A stretch of 64,000 bases of DNA, taken from assembly GCF_002105155.1 (NCBI RefSeq), contig NW_019028979.1, forward strand, positions 1,302,001 through 1,366,000. The letters run 5' to 3'. The DNA comes from Lobosporangium transversale (lineage: Eukaryota). Below the pieces are notes generated by a model. The model was not told the DNA's origin, made no database searches, and saw only the letters and a list, made by a program, of their open reading frames with translations. Position numbers and translations under genes: made by a program. This document shows, piece after piece, positions 37,358-48,693 of this stretch (the stretch's first letter is position 1; every line of letters starts with the position of its first letter).

Positions 37358-39285
37358 GTGAAGCAGAGAGCAAAAGTCGACCTGGATTCCAACGAGACAC
37401 CGTGCCTAAAAGTGATCCCTGAAGTCAACAGAGGCCTAGCCAGGGACACAAATGGAGTTATCATTAGTGCCAATACTGAGGAGAAAATCCAACGCCAAAG
37501 GGAACGGTACAATATCCAGCCGGGTAATGTCATTTATACGGATGGATCTCTCAAAGATATTGGCACTGAAAGAGTAAGTATGGCATTTGGTGTGGTAGTC
37601 CAGACACAAGAGGGTGAGTTTTACACTGCGCTATCTGGTAGAGTAGCAGGCAACGCATCCTCGACAAAGGCAGAGCTAGCTGGTTTGTTGGCAGGAATAC
37701 TTATCAGCCCACGAAACAGACCTATGACAATCCGACTTGATAACAGCGCAGTTGTGACTCAATTCCGAGCATTGGTCCGAGGCAGAGTGGATAGCACGTT
37801 GCGACAACGTATTAGATCACCGTATGCAGTATGGTGGGCAGCTATACACAACGCATTTATTCAACAAGGATCGGAAGTCACGGTCGAGTGGGTCAAAGGA
37901 CATGTCGGCAACAGAGGGAACGAAGAAGCGGACGAAGCAGCAAAACATGGACATTATGGCGAGCTATGGGATATCAACATAACGGAGCATAATGACATGT
38001 ACTGCCATGCAAAGTTCAACGGTGTACCAGCGGAAGATGACTTAAGGCAGATCCTTAAGTTACAGTCAACAACTCGTACACATCACACGTGGATCGCTCA
38101 GAACAGGACGCAGGAGCATGTTAAGGATTGGACAAAAATTGATTGGCGAGCTACTATGAACATTGTTCATGATAGCAACCTACCGAAAGGACTCTTCACC
38201 AGCCCAGCGGACTGCCAAAAGCGAGCGCACAGGGTCAAGAAACTCCATGGAATGTTGCCTACACAGTCATATATGAGACACTGGAGGCCAGACCTTTATG
38301 AAGACGGCAACTGCAGAGTGTGTGGGACAGAGGGTGAAGACACATCGCACATCTGGAGATGTCCAAGGACGATGGAGACTCAGGCCGAGAAGTGGAAGGA
38401 GATAATCCAAAATGTGAATGTGATAGGGGAGAGGACATGGAGGAAAGAGTTGAAAGCAGTGCAGGAGCAAGCACAAAGGGCCAGAGAGAGAGGTGTAGAC
38501 CCACCAAGGACAAAAGAGCCAACTTTTACTGCGGCAGAGGAGGACTACATTTGGAAAACTCTAGAGATGCATATCGATGGTGTGCGAGAAGTACGATGCC
38601 ATGGTGATAGGAACGACGGTGATGAGGAAGAGAGAGAGCACACACCAGATTGGTCTGTGCAGGACATTTACCATGGACTTACGCCCAAGTCCATTGCTCA
38701 GAGTTGGAAAGTTGGCTTCAAGACAACAACAAGGATAGCTACATATATGGCAGGGCGCTTCGTCAAGGCCATAGAGGAATTCGGTCGTACAGAAATCTGG
38801 AACAAACGGTGTAAAGTCACCGTTGAATGGGAAAAGGCTCGCGGAATCACTGCTATGAGCAAACGCGCTAGAGGACGCAACTGTGTTGGGGAGCACAGAC
38901 GTAGTAGCAATGATTTCCTTGTCCCTTCCCTCAGACAAAGACAGAAGCTGAATGTAAAAGAGATCTACAAGATCGCGGATGACCGAGTCCGGGACAGTTA
39001 CCTTGGGAAAACCAAACTGGACGTGATGGAGCGGCTAGGTGGAATGAAGTTTTTGATGACTATGGATAGCGGATAATTTGTCGCGTTGCGCAACAGGCCA
39101 CGTCGGGAAGGTGGACTTTGAGTACCAACCACGGCGGTCAGGGTTTATGAAATCATGGATACAGCGGCTCTTGTCGTTTGTGCAGTAATAGCTGTTTATT
39201 GACTATAGTTTCTGGAGCATTTTGTTCATAGAGTGTAGAAAATAAATCCCATGACCCTGAGTGTCCTTGTTATCAAAAACAAAAA
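37358..39285 (+). mobile_element. 5'-truncated non-LTR retrotransposon (LINE): open ORF2 remnant 37358-39076 (RNase H + CCHC-like knuckle), 3'UTR and A-rich tail
   Basis: RNase H motifs IYTDGS, SSTKAELAG, LDNSAV and WVKGHVGNRGNEEADEAAK are present, followed by CRVCGTEGEDTSHIWRC. There are no RT or endonuclease motifs. It ends GTCCTTGTTATCAAAAACAAAAAA. Confidence 0.85.
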
Positions 39286-39286
39286 A

Positions 39287-39532
39287 TCTTTCTATAAGAG
39301 TTCTTCAACAGGCCAAGTAGGGAGTAGAGCCGTGCCATGGGACCTCAGGGACCAAGGAAGTCTACTCAATACTGACGTGATTTATGGACAGGGTGTTGTA
39401 CTGTGACAGTATGACGATGCGGCTTCGGTCGATTATTGGATACCGCTTTATTTGCGACCCCAGTAATGGGGCAACCCATTTATAGAGCTAACATCTAAAT
39501 AAACCTTACATAGCCTCGTAAGTCTTCGTTAT

Positions 39533-39565
<33 letters not shown>

Positions 39566-40140
39566 TCAACCACGATTGGGTGAACCCTTGGCGTAGCCGT
39601 AGATCCTTGTTATCAAAAAAAGAAAAAGAAAAAGAAAAGAAGTAAAAGTTCTTTAATAAGGAAAAGGTGGTCTTTTGACCTAAAATCGATACGGTCTCTC
39701 GTGTGACCCTGCCACATGCGCAGCCAGTATTAGGAAGTAGGTTGGGAGGTTATTTTTTTTATTTCTTTTTTTTATAACAATGTCCCAGATAACATAAGCA
39801 ATAAACAGTTTTTACTGCACAAACGGTGAGGGTCCTTATATCTATGGTTTCATAGATCCTGGCCGTCGTCGTTGGTGCTTAAAGTCCGCCTTTCTGACGT
39901 GATCTATTGCTGGCAGGTTAAGAAATAAGAACCTTTTTTTTTATAACGAGGACCCACGAGGCCGTGTAGAATTTATTAGATGTTTTACTAAAGCTGATGG
40001 CCGGTGCTCCGACGCACAAAGGCAAAGACATAAAGTTTCGGTGACGAAGCCACTAAGTGAACAGTTATTGAGAAGTCTTTCCTTCTTTCATTGTGCGTAC
40101 CATTGAATTTGATCTCCAGTAGGTCTCCTGTAGTACTTTT
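39287..40140. mobile_element. Cluster of truncated retroposon 3' ends in both orientations
   Basis: Plus-strand tails TCTTCGTTATC(A)n at ~39523-39563 and TCCTTGTTATC(A)n at ~39604-39621. Minus-strand tails lie at ~39767 and ~39934. 39767-39930 is an inverted, diverged copy of the LINE 3'UTR, and 39934-40100 is an inverted relative of 39330-39535. Confidence 0.75.
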
Positions 40141-40149
40141 TGTTTATAT

Positions 40150-40187
<38 letters not shown>

Positions 40188-42208
40188 AACATTTGGTGAT
40201 GAATTTGGTGGCATCTCTAGTAGCTATGCTTTTGTCCAAGGGAAGAAAACAAATGAAGCTAGCCGGCTAGTGTATGAGTCATTGATAGATGCAGTGAGAA
40301 GGAGAGCTCATAGTTACCATAGGATTTCAACTGAACTTTGAGCTGCTACTCGACTGTAGAGTTGGATGCGACGCCGCATTGCGCTTGTTTTTGACTGTTT
40401 TAATCAGTAAGCACTTCCTGTATGCACTACAATGGATACAATTTGACTTCCCATCAAGCAGCCGCTGGAACGTTGTCGCGTCTTCATACTGCACTATGAA
40501 CCTAGTTCAGCTTCTTTCCAAGCAGCTAAAGCTACGGTATTGTAATTAGCTCATTGTGATCTCGATGTGCTAGACCTCAAAAAGGTAGAGATCGAAATAC
40601 GAAATGAGATTGAGATGGTTGTCTGAGTATTGGCTGGTATCAGCTTTCTCTAAACTTTAAAGTTCGTTCTAGGTTTGTCTGGACGTCGGTTGTGAGCCAT
40701 CAAATTTGCGTCTCGTTCATCCAGCTTGACAAGGCCTGTAATAAACCTCTTGTATCACATCAAATATTTGATAGAAGGTGCAGACAAATCCAATCGCGCA
40801 ATGTTCCCACGAGTGAGCAAAATTAGAAAGCCTTGAGCAGTATAGACATGTTTTCTTTTCTTTCTTTGTTTCTTTGTGCAACCATCCTTCGGAGAATGAA
40901 TTATTATTTCCACATTAAAAATAAACTTAGTCAAGGCACACAGCACTGTCATGGGAACAAGGGCGGGGTCTGGAGTGTTGGCGTTCAGAGCGAAAAACAA
41001 TAGATCCGTGCATTTTATTTATTCTTTTGATGTATGGCAGCAGGTAACTTTATATAGAAAGCAACCAACTTTGTATAGAAATCTTCCTACTCCGATGCCA
41101 TTAAACTGAAGGAATCCTTGGGATGGTCATCGGATCATGTTTTAAGAAGGAGCCCTGCCTTGGCTCCGATGCAATTCCGATGCAATAATCGAGAAAAACG
41201 AAGTAACTGAGACTATCAGCGCAGCATAACCCTGTGTTGTGTACGCATTCAGGTAACTACACGCACGAATGATGGGGCTATAAGGGAACATCAGACAACA
41301 AATCAAGTGTCTTACATTTGGCATGATGCCGGGTTATAATTCCTGTTCATCCAAGAATGTTAGGATAATATTCATTCTTCTGTTTGCTTGCCCTTGGCCC
41401 CAGCCCTCTTGCTGTTGGCGGCCCAATGAGAAGGAAATAAAAAAAAAAAAAAAAAGAAAGATTGCCATTGTCTGCGAAAATGATATCCATTGGATGATCC
41501 AATTAACGTGTGGCTCTTCAGGAAGTAAGGCTGTAGGGCCATCGATCCTTTCCAACGTAAGAAAAAAAAAAAAAGAAAAAAAGAGAGGCCATCTATATGA
41601 TAAGAGTAAGAGCAAGTAAAAGCGAAAAGTATTGTTCAAAAGAGACCATGTGCAGTTTACGAGTACCTTTTTTCTCTTATGGTCGCGTCATGAAGTTCTG
41701 AGAATCAAAAATGAAGCTGAATTCACATTTCCAGACGGACGCGTTTGGCCAAATTATTATGCGTACACCTGCGTAATACGTAATGAACAAGTACAAAGTG
41801 CCAAGATGTTACCTTTATCTATTTCCTGCTGCAATGTCCGCTCCTACACCACACATTAAGTCTACAGGCCCGGGCCTAAATAAAAAATAAAAATAAAAAA
41901 TAGAACACCGCTTGCTTTTTGTATTAAGCTATGAATAATTTATTACACATTGTGAATGGGAGAAAATGCATATTCTTTAATTTGTTCATTCACTCTCTTT
42001 AAGCCTGCATGCCATTATTCCACATCGCAGCTCTCTTTCCTTATCCCTTTGCTCATATCCTGGTATTATTGATTGAAATCGCGGCCAAGCCTTTGTATTG
42101 TGTCACTTCCCACGTCTTTAAGATTATTCCATTCCTTGTCTTCTACGCCATTGATCTCCAAACTTGAATTATTCATGCACAATTTTTTTTTTTTTTTTTT
42201 TTTTTTAG

Positions 42209-42216
42209 TATAAAAG
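42209..42216 (+). promoter_or_regulatory. TATA box candidate
   Basis: TATAAAAG follows a poly-T tract, ~100 bp upstream of the ATG at 42314. Confidence 0.45.
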
Positions 42217-42313
42217 CACCGATGTCCCTCACCCATTCCTTCCTTTCCTTATTTATTTGTTATCATCACCAAAACAATCGCCTCTAGCAAATTTCAGGTA
42301 TCTACCCAACAAA

Positions 42314-42885
42314 ATGTTTCGTTCTAGTATTTTCTTCATCGCCTTGAGCGTTATTTTCTTCGGCCTCCTATCCACAGTCTCTGCTGCTGTCATTCCCAAT
42401 GACGAGATCCGTGCTCTTGGAAAAACCTTTCAGAAACTGCGCAAGATCAAGGGTCACTTTGATGGCGGCGAATATAACAAAGCTGTCGATGCCTACAATG
42501 GCGAGAAGCATCAGGTCATGAAGGTATGAAAAGCTTTTTACGCAATTTTTTTTATTTTTTATTTTTTATTTTTTTCAGATCGTTAATGAATAGTGTTTCA
42601 CCCTTTTTTCCTATTATTGGGTCTCTTATTCCAAAGAAACTGGCTGAGGCTTTCGGTCGCCCTAGTGTCTCCTCCGTTGACATTGTCTCTACCATGGGCC
42701 CTTCAGATGAGATCCCTGAACATATCCTTGCTGAACTGAAACGCTCTGCCCCTCAGGTGACTCCTCCCACCAACTTCAAGTATCTCCTCTACAAGTGGCG
42801 TGGATACCATGACTACCTTTGGTTCCGTATCAATCTCAAGAACAATCATGTCTTTAACAGTGACTGGTACTTCGCTTACGAGTAA
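42314..42885 (+). CDS. Small secreted protein of unknown function; 2 exons (42314-42523, 42637-42885)
   Basis: Signal peptide MFRSSIFFIALSVIFFGLLSTVSA. Conserved-looking motifs LRKIKGHFDGG, GEKHQVM, MGPSD, YKWRGYHDYLWF and WYFAYE. The GT..AG intron is in frame. Confidence 0.8.
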
Positions 42886-44200
42886 AGTACTAACAAATAT
42901 ATCTTTTCCATCACTGGCCATGATGCCTCTGCGCTCTCATAAAGGAAGAAGGGGCAGGGCCACGAAGTCTAGGATATCCCATATTCTTTACTTTATTACT
43001 TTAGACCTATCAATATTTGTTTATTCACATCTTTATATCTTTCTTTTGTATTTATTCCTTGCATTGAAATAAATCAAAAAAAACTTAATTTGCCTCTACT
43101 GCTTTATGGATCGAATGAATAATCATTAGCCGAGTAGATAGGTTGATTGGAGGGGAAAGCTCCGGTTTATAGCCGAGCCCAGGAGCACCACAGTGCGATC
43201 CAGTATTGGCGTTTATTTATTTATTTTTGTTATTTTTTGTCAATATCCAAATGTTGACGTCAATCTAGTTGCGACAGCCAAGCCATGGTCAGACAGCAGG
43301 TGCTAACGAGCGAAGCATGCTCAATGAGAGAGATACATTACTTTGTTGTTCACTTACACTGATATACATCTTGCGCATGTCAGAATCCAGATCTTAACTA
43401 AAGGCCCGTTTGTGTGAAGGCGACATTGTTCTTGTTCCTATCTTAGTAACTCCCTCAGCTTGACTTCTTTTACACTTACTTTTATTTTTATTTTCTAGAA
43501 GCGCCCAAAAAAAGAGAAATCAACATATTAAAAAGGAAAGATATTTCTTTTGTTTTCCTTTCTTCACGACTCCTGTAAGCATGGAAAAGGGGAGATGAAA
43601 GAAGTGCTGCAAATAACGAAACTAACCTGCTTTTAAAAAAGTCTAGCTGCCATATGAGGAGACTTGGTACTTCTATGGCGCCGTTGTTTGAAAGGAATGA
43701 GCACTAGTGTAGTGTGCAAAATCACATATGACAAGCAAATAACAATAAGGGATCTGATATTAGAGTAAATGCGTCATGAAGATTAATCAACGTGCGAATA
43801 CCTTGTATTTGTTTTGTTTGTTTGTTTGTACTAGCATTGTCGCATTCCATGCGCTACTAGCGCGGTTAAGTGTGGCTCGTGCTTAGATAAAGTTGGCTCT
43901 TATTAAGCCATGAAGCTTCATTCATTAGAAAGCTTATAACCTTATCAAGGTGACACCAAAGAGCTCTTTTTCAATGAAGACCTCGGTTACTTACTCCATT
44001 GACCGTTCAAAATGCACACATATACTGTTAATAAGGCGATAGCGGTAGCTACTGGAGCATACTGAACCTGTCCCAGGGTATGTTGTGAAGCAAGTGACTA
44101 TCGTTAAATAATAGTAATCTGGTCAAAGGAAGGAAGTAAAAAAATAATAATAAAGAAGTAATGGTGCTTTTATTCGTGTTCTTATTCAGACACACTCAAT

Positions 44201-44235
<35 letters not shown>

Positions 44236-45346
44236 TAGACATCTGAGTGACCTACTTCATAAATTAACCTCCATTCGCGAAGAGAGGGGAGGCAGGCACT
44301 TAGAGAATGGTATGGCTTAGCACTGGTCATGACTTTGGAGCGAGAGATAATGAATGAATATGGCATATACATGGCAATGTAAAAAATATTAATTTACGTT
44401 TATATTTATTGTGCTGTATTATCTTGAATATTATTCTTTATATCGTACTGAATTAAAATATCTTTCTTCATATTTTACTCTTTCTTCGCATTGAATTCGG
44501 CCCAATATTACTTAATTTCACAATCCTTTTTAGTCCTTTTTAGCTCTTTTACTCCTTTCGATTTGCTGCCAGGTCACCAGGGCCAGAAAAAAGAAATGAA
44601 GGAAAGAAATAAAAGAAAGAGAAACCACAGTTAGTCTCTTCATGGGAAAGGGCAGATGGATATTGAAGCCAAAGCTCCCATGGTAGCACTCCTCCCCTTA
44701 CCAGGGAGGAGGAAAAGCCAAAGGGAATAAAGAAGCAAAGTTGGTTAGCATTGCCAAGATGGTCTCGCTGCCTGCGAACATGAATGTAATATCACTGTGC
44801 TAATGTTATGGGCTTCCCTCACCTTTGTACTTTTTATTCCAGCCGCATCACACTGCACACTGATTCCTCATTGTCTAAATGGGCCTCTTCACTTTATCGC
44901 AAAGCACCGCCATCTGAAGGGAAATGCATAATTCATGATATCATGATAGTATGCATGACTCGCGCATTAGTTCTTTGAGAACAGGACAGTTAGATTGACA
45001 TGTGATTCTTTCAAGGTTAAAAGCCTGATTCTTATCCGTGAGAGGCCTCTCCTCCTTTTGGTACTAAGGTGTACCAAAGGCTACGCTAAGGAGCGTGCCA
45101 AGAGAGGCGGATAATGAGTGGCATTGATTCCATGCATCTGCTGCTATTCGCTGTCAATTTAAGCTTAATTTTTGCCACCAACAGGAGAGACAAAATGAAA
45201 CAAACGCGCACTTGATCCTCACTCAGCCCCTTTTCCCTTCATCCTTCCCCTTCTCTTTCATCCGTATTAAGCCGATATAATTATAGAGCCTCTTGGCCCC
45301 GGAACGCTTCTGAAAACGAACATTTAAAAGGATGTCATCTATCCAC

Positions 45347-45380
<34 letters not shown>

Positions 45381-45430
45381 TCATTATTCATCAACCTCTT
45401 TGACGAAAATGAAAGGTAGGTACTCTTCCA

Positions 45431-45463
<33 letters not shown>

Positions 45464-45719
45464 AGATCCACTCGTACTTGAAAAAAGTCCCAGCTCCCAC
45501 TACATGTTAACCGTCTATGATCCCAACTTATTTTCTCCTTTATTTCTGTCTGTCTCTCTCTTCCTTCCCAGTCACCACAACCACAGTAAGAGCCACTGCG
45601 CCCTTCAACAGACACCCAGACCCCTGGCCTCTCTTCTGGTCGAGCTTAGGACCAGCCTTCCCCAAACCCGACGATACGTGCTGGTCGATGCCGAACACAT
45701 AAAAAGCAGAGAAGCCCCC

Positions 45720-45761
<42 letters not shown>

Positions 45762-46473
45762 AAAAAACCAAAAAAATTCTTAAAACACAAAAAAGAACAA
45801 AAAAGAAAAAAGAAAAAAGAAAAAAAAAGATGACCAAAAAGCAACATAAAAAGAATGTAATAATATGTAACATAATAGTATATAATAGTAGTAATATGTA
45901 ATAATAATAAGAACAGAAGAAAAAAGCAAGGTACTCAAGATAGCTGAGGTACTCAAAATGCCCAAGGCGCTTGTGACAAGGCGGCTGACATTAATCTTCA
46001 TAGCCTTGCCCCTAGTTGTAGCTGTTAAAAAAAACAAAGAATATTTTTTTTTAAAAAACTTTGAGCCCAAATACAGACATACCTATACTAATGTATCCCT
46101 TGTAAGAAGAGTACATAATTTTTGATGCATTAGTGGTGATGATCATGTAACTCTCGTTTACGGCAGTTGACGAAAGTGATATCACAGAAGGTTCAATGTT
46201 TAGTTGGAGAGTAGGATTGCGATAGATGCACTTTGAGATTACGGAATAGCTTGATAGACCATGCTTGTGAAGATGATGGGGCATTTAACCGAATCAATAA
46301 CATAGTGTAGTATATATTGCAAACAACCTTATATTATCACGACAAACTCAATCCTAAGGAAAATTAGCGCATACAATTCAAATGGGGTTGAAAAAGAGAA
46401 TTTCCGTCATAATTGAACAGAAACTAGCGTTTAAAAGAACGACAAAAACTCCACTGGACGAAAAATAATAGTA

Positions 46474-47747
46474 TCCCTTTGGTCAGTTAAGTGTGCTTAT
46501 ATTTTTAGGAAATTAGGTTTCTAGAAGATTCGCCCAATTTCACTTAACATGTCAACCAAATGTGTTCACTTTTAAATCATTTTTATATATATCTACACAC
46601 ACTCAACATATACACCATTCAATGGATACATCCTTCAACACATACACCTTATTCACACTCTTCTCACAGACACAATATGCCACGCACTTACAACAAAATT
46701 GACGCAGTTCAGCGCCAGAAGATTATTGAATCTGTCTACAATGAACATTTAACTTTTGCCGAGACTGCCCGCCGTTATGGCTTTCCCCAGTCTACAATTC
46801 GGTCCATTGCCCGCAAGTTTGAAAAAGATGGATTATTTGATAACAAGCCGCGTGGTGGGAACCGCCTCCCAGTTCTCAATGACAAGCACATTTCATGGAT
46901 CAAGGAGCAGCTTGATGCTCATCCTGATAAACCGATTCGCGAATTACACCAAGAACTGAACAGATATTTCCAAAATAACCCCCCCGTATCCATCTCTTGT
47001 GTCTCGCGTGCAGTTAGGAAACAGGCCAAGTATACTCTCAAGCTCCGAACGTGCGTCTTGGGGCCAAAACGCCATGGAAAGCGGCATATCCATTAGTGAT
47101 GCCGTGTTCCTTGATGAAGCTGGGTTTGACCTTCATTTGATGCGCCGCTTTGGGCGAGCCCTACAAGGGAAAAGAGCAGTAAAGATTAGGCCTATAAATC
47201 GTGGCCGCAACCTGTCTCTTTTGGTAACAGTTGGTCGAGAAGGAATAATTACTTCTAATGCCGGACTTGGCTCCTATAATTCAGAAAAGTTTCTTGAATT
47301 CCTCAATACCAAGCTGTTCCCAAGCCTCCAAGCGCCAATGATAATACTAATGGATAATGTCAAGTTCCATAAAAGCCTAGAGATCAAAAAAATAATTGAA
47401 GGCCATGGTCATACCCTCTTGTTCCTACCCCCATATACCCCTCACTTCAATACGGTTGAATGGGTCTTTGGTCATGTTAAGGCCCATGTAGGGATCCAAG
47501 AATTAGATAAGCAAGAAATGTTAACAGAGCACGTTGAGGCAAGCCTTCGAAATATTATCCCCTCAATGTGCTGTGGGTGGATGCGTGAGGTCAATAGGAA
47601 CATGTCAATAGCACTCAGAGGTGAACTTCTGGGTTGATATTACAGTTGAATAAAACTTAAGCGAATTTGGTTTGAAAGTTAAGCGAAATTGGTAAGCCAC
47701 TTGGCTCAGTTGGTTGGTAAAATAGCACACTCAATTGGTCAAAGGGA
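46474..47747 (+). mobile_element. Tc1/IS630-like DNA transposon (DD34E), frameshifted transposase 46677-47637
   Basis: TA|TCCCTTTGGTCAGTTAAGTGTGCT ... AGCACACTCAATTGGTCAAAGGGA|TA gives imperfect TIRs with a TA TSD. An HTH N-terminus is followed by FLDEAG, MDNVKFH and LPPYTPHFNTVE, with 34 aa between D and E. The frame breaks near 47045. Confidence 0.9.
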
Positions 47748-48035
47748 TAGTCGTGAGTAGAGAGAAAAACAGTTAATTGATGGGAGGACAAAATCAAACT
47801 TTGATCCTTTGGAGATGACTGCGCCCAATATCTCTAAATGTTGCATTCAATAATTTTGAAGTGCTGACATTCTCCTTCTCCCTCTCATTTCCTCTTCTGA
47901 TCTTGAATGTCTACAACAAAGCTCCCTAGTGGATTCACCCACCATCAATACCTCTTTTATTACCATATCAATGAATGTCAAATATTGGTACTTCATTGAA
48001 TGACAAATGGAGGTTCCTCTCGATGTCCTTACATC

Positions 48036-48202
48036 CAGTGCTCCTATTCGAACCATTCGCGTCATTCGAACCATTCGCGTCATTCGAGTCGATCCAGGCT
48101 AGGGCTTATTCGAACCGGTTCGAACTTACCATGATTCGTTTTCGACTCGAATGCATTCGAACCCATTCGAATTCGATGTGTTCGAATCGAATAGGAGCAC
48201 TG
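48036..48202. mobile_element. hAT-type MITE (167 bp) with 8-bp TSD
   Basis: Perfect 16-bp TIRs CAGTGCTCCTATTCGA / TCGAATAGGAGCACTG. TSD CTTACATC at 48028-48035 and 48203-48210. The interior is packed with TTCGA motifs. Confidence 0.9.
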
Positions 48203-48299
48203 CTTACATCTCAGTTCTCTCAAGTCCCGTCTGGTAGCCTATGGTGTGTTTTGCCTTTTAAGGGCCCAGAGTTTCAAGTAGCTCCTTGTGGTTGCCCCT

Positions 48300-48693
48300 A
48301 CGCTCCAGTTAAGGTAAATGAGGGTCATTTTGTTTTTTTGTCAGCCTAGGCTTGATTAAGTGGATAGAGTTCTTCAAGCCTCCTAATCTCACATAACGTA
48401 GAGTAGCTTCTATACTGATGCGCACTCCCTCACTCGATTTGATGTACTGCTGAACTTCCTAAATGGATCCAAGTGTTCCTGTAGCAAGCTTGCGTGCAAC
48501 TGCCCTCTTGGTAATAGGAAACCAATGGAGGTCTGCCCATTCTGGTTTCAGGAATATTTTCCTTGTCACGGTTCCTGATCCTTAGTGCCGATAAAGTAGA
48601 GATACTAAGTTCCCTGACAATTTCAGTTGTTGGCTTCCCTTGTCGAAGTAAGGTCTGGGCACTTTGCACCTTTTCCGTAAAGGACTCCGTCAT
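48300..48693 (-). pseudogene. Degraded Tc1-like transposase N-terminus
   Basis: MTESFTEKVQSAQTLLRQGKPTTEIVRELSIS...GRPPLVS, followed in another frame by TLRYVRLGGLK...KPRLT, matches the Tc1 HTH and linker. Confidence 0.6.

Noticed and set aside
43150..43200. GGGGAAAGCTCCGG resembling RNase P/MRP CR-I
   Set aside because: I found no matching CR-V partner, only a small local hairpin.
45574..45584. CCACAACCACA as a telomerase RNA template (Rhizopus-type repeat)
   Set aside because: The telomere repeat of this species is unknown, the short match is likely by chance, and the structured junction lies upstream of it rather than downstream.
45940..46290. Minus-strand fragment with a kinase-like HHLHKHG...RNLK and splice-like sites
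   Set aside because: The similarity is too weak and interrupted to support a call.
48046..48090. Short repeats suggestive of a CRISPR-like array
   Set aside because: This is an 18-bp tandem without spacers inside a MITE, in a eukaryotic context.
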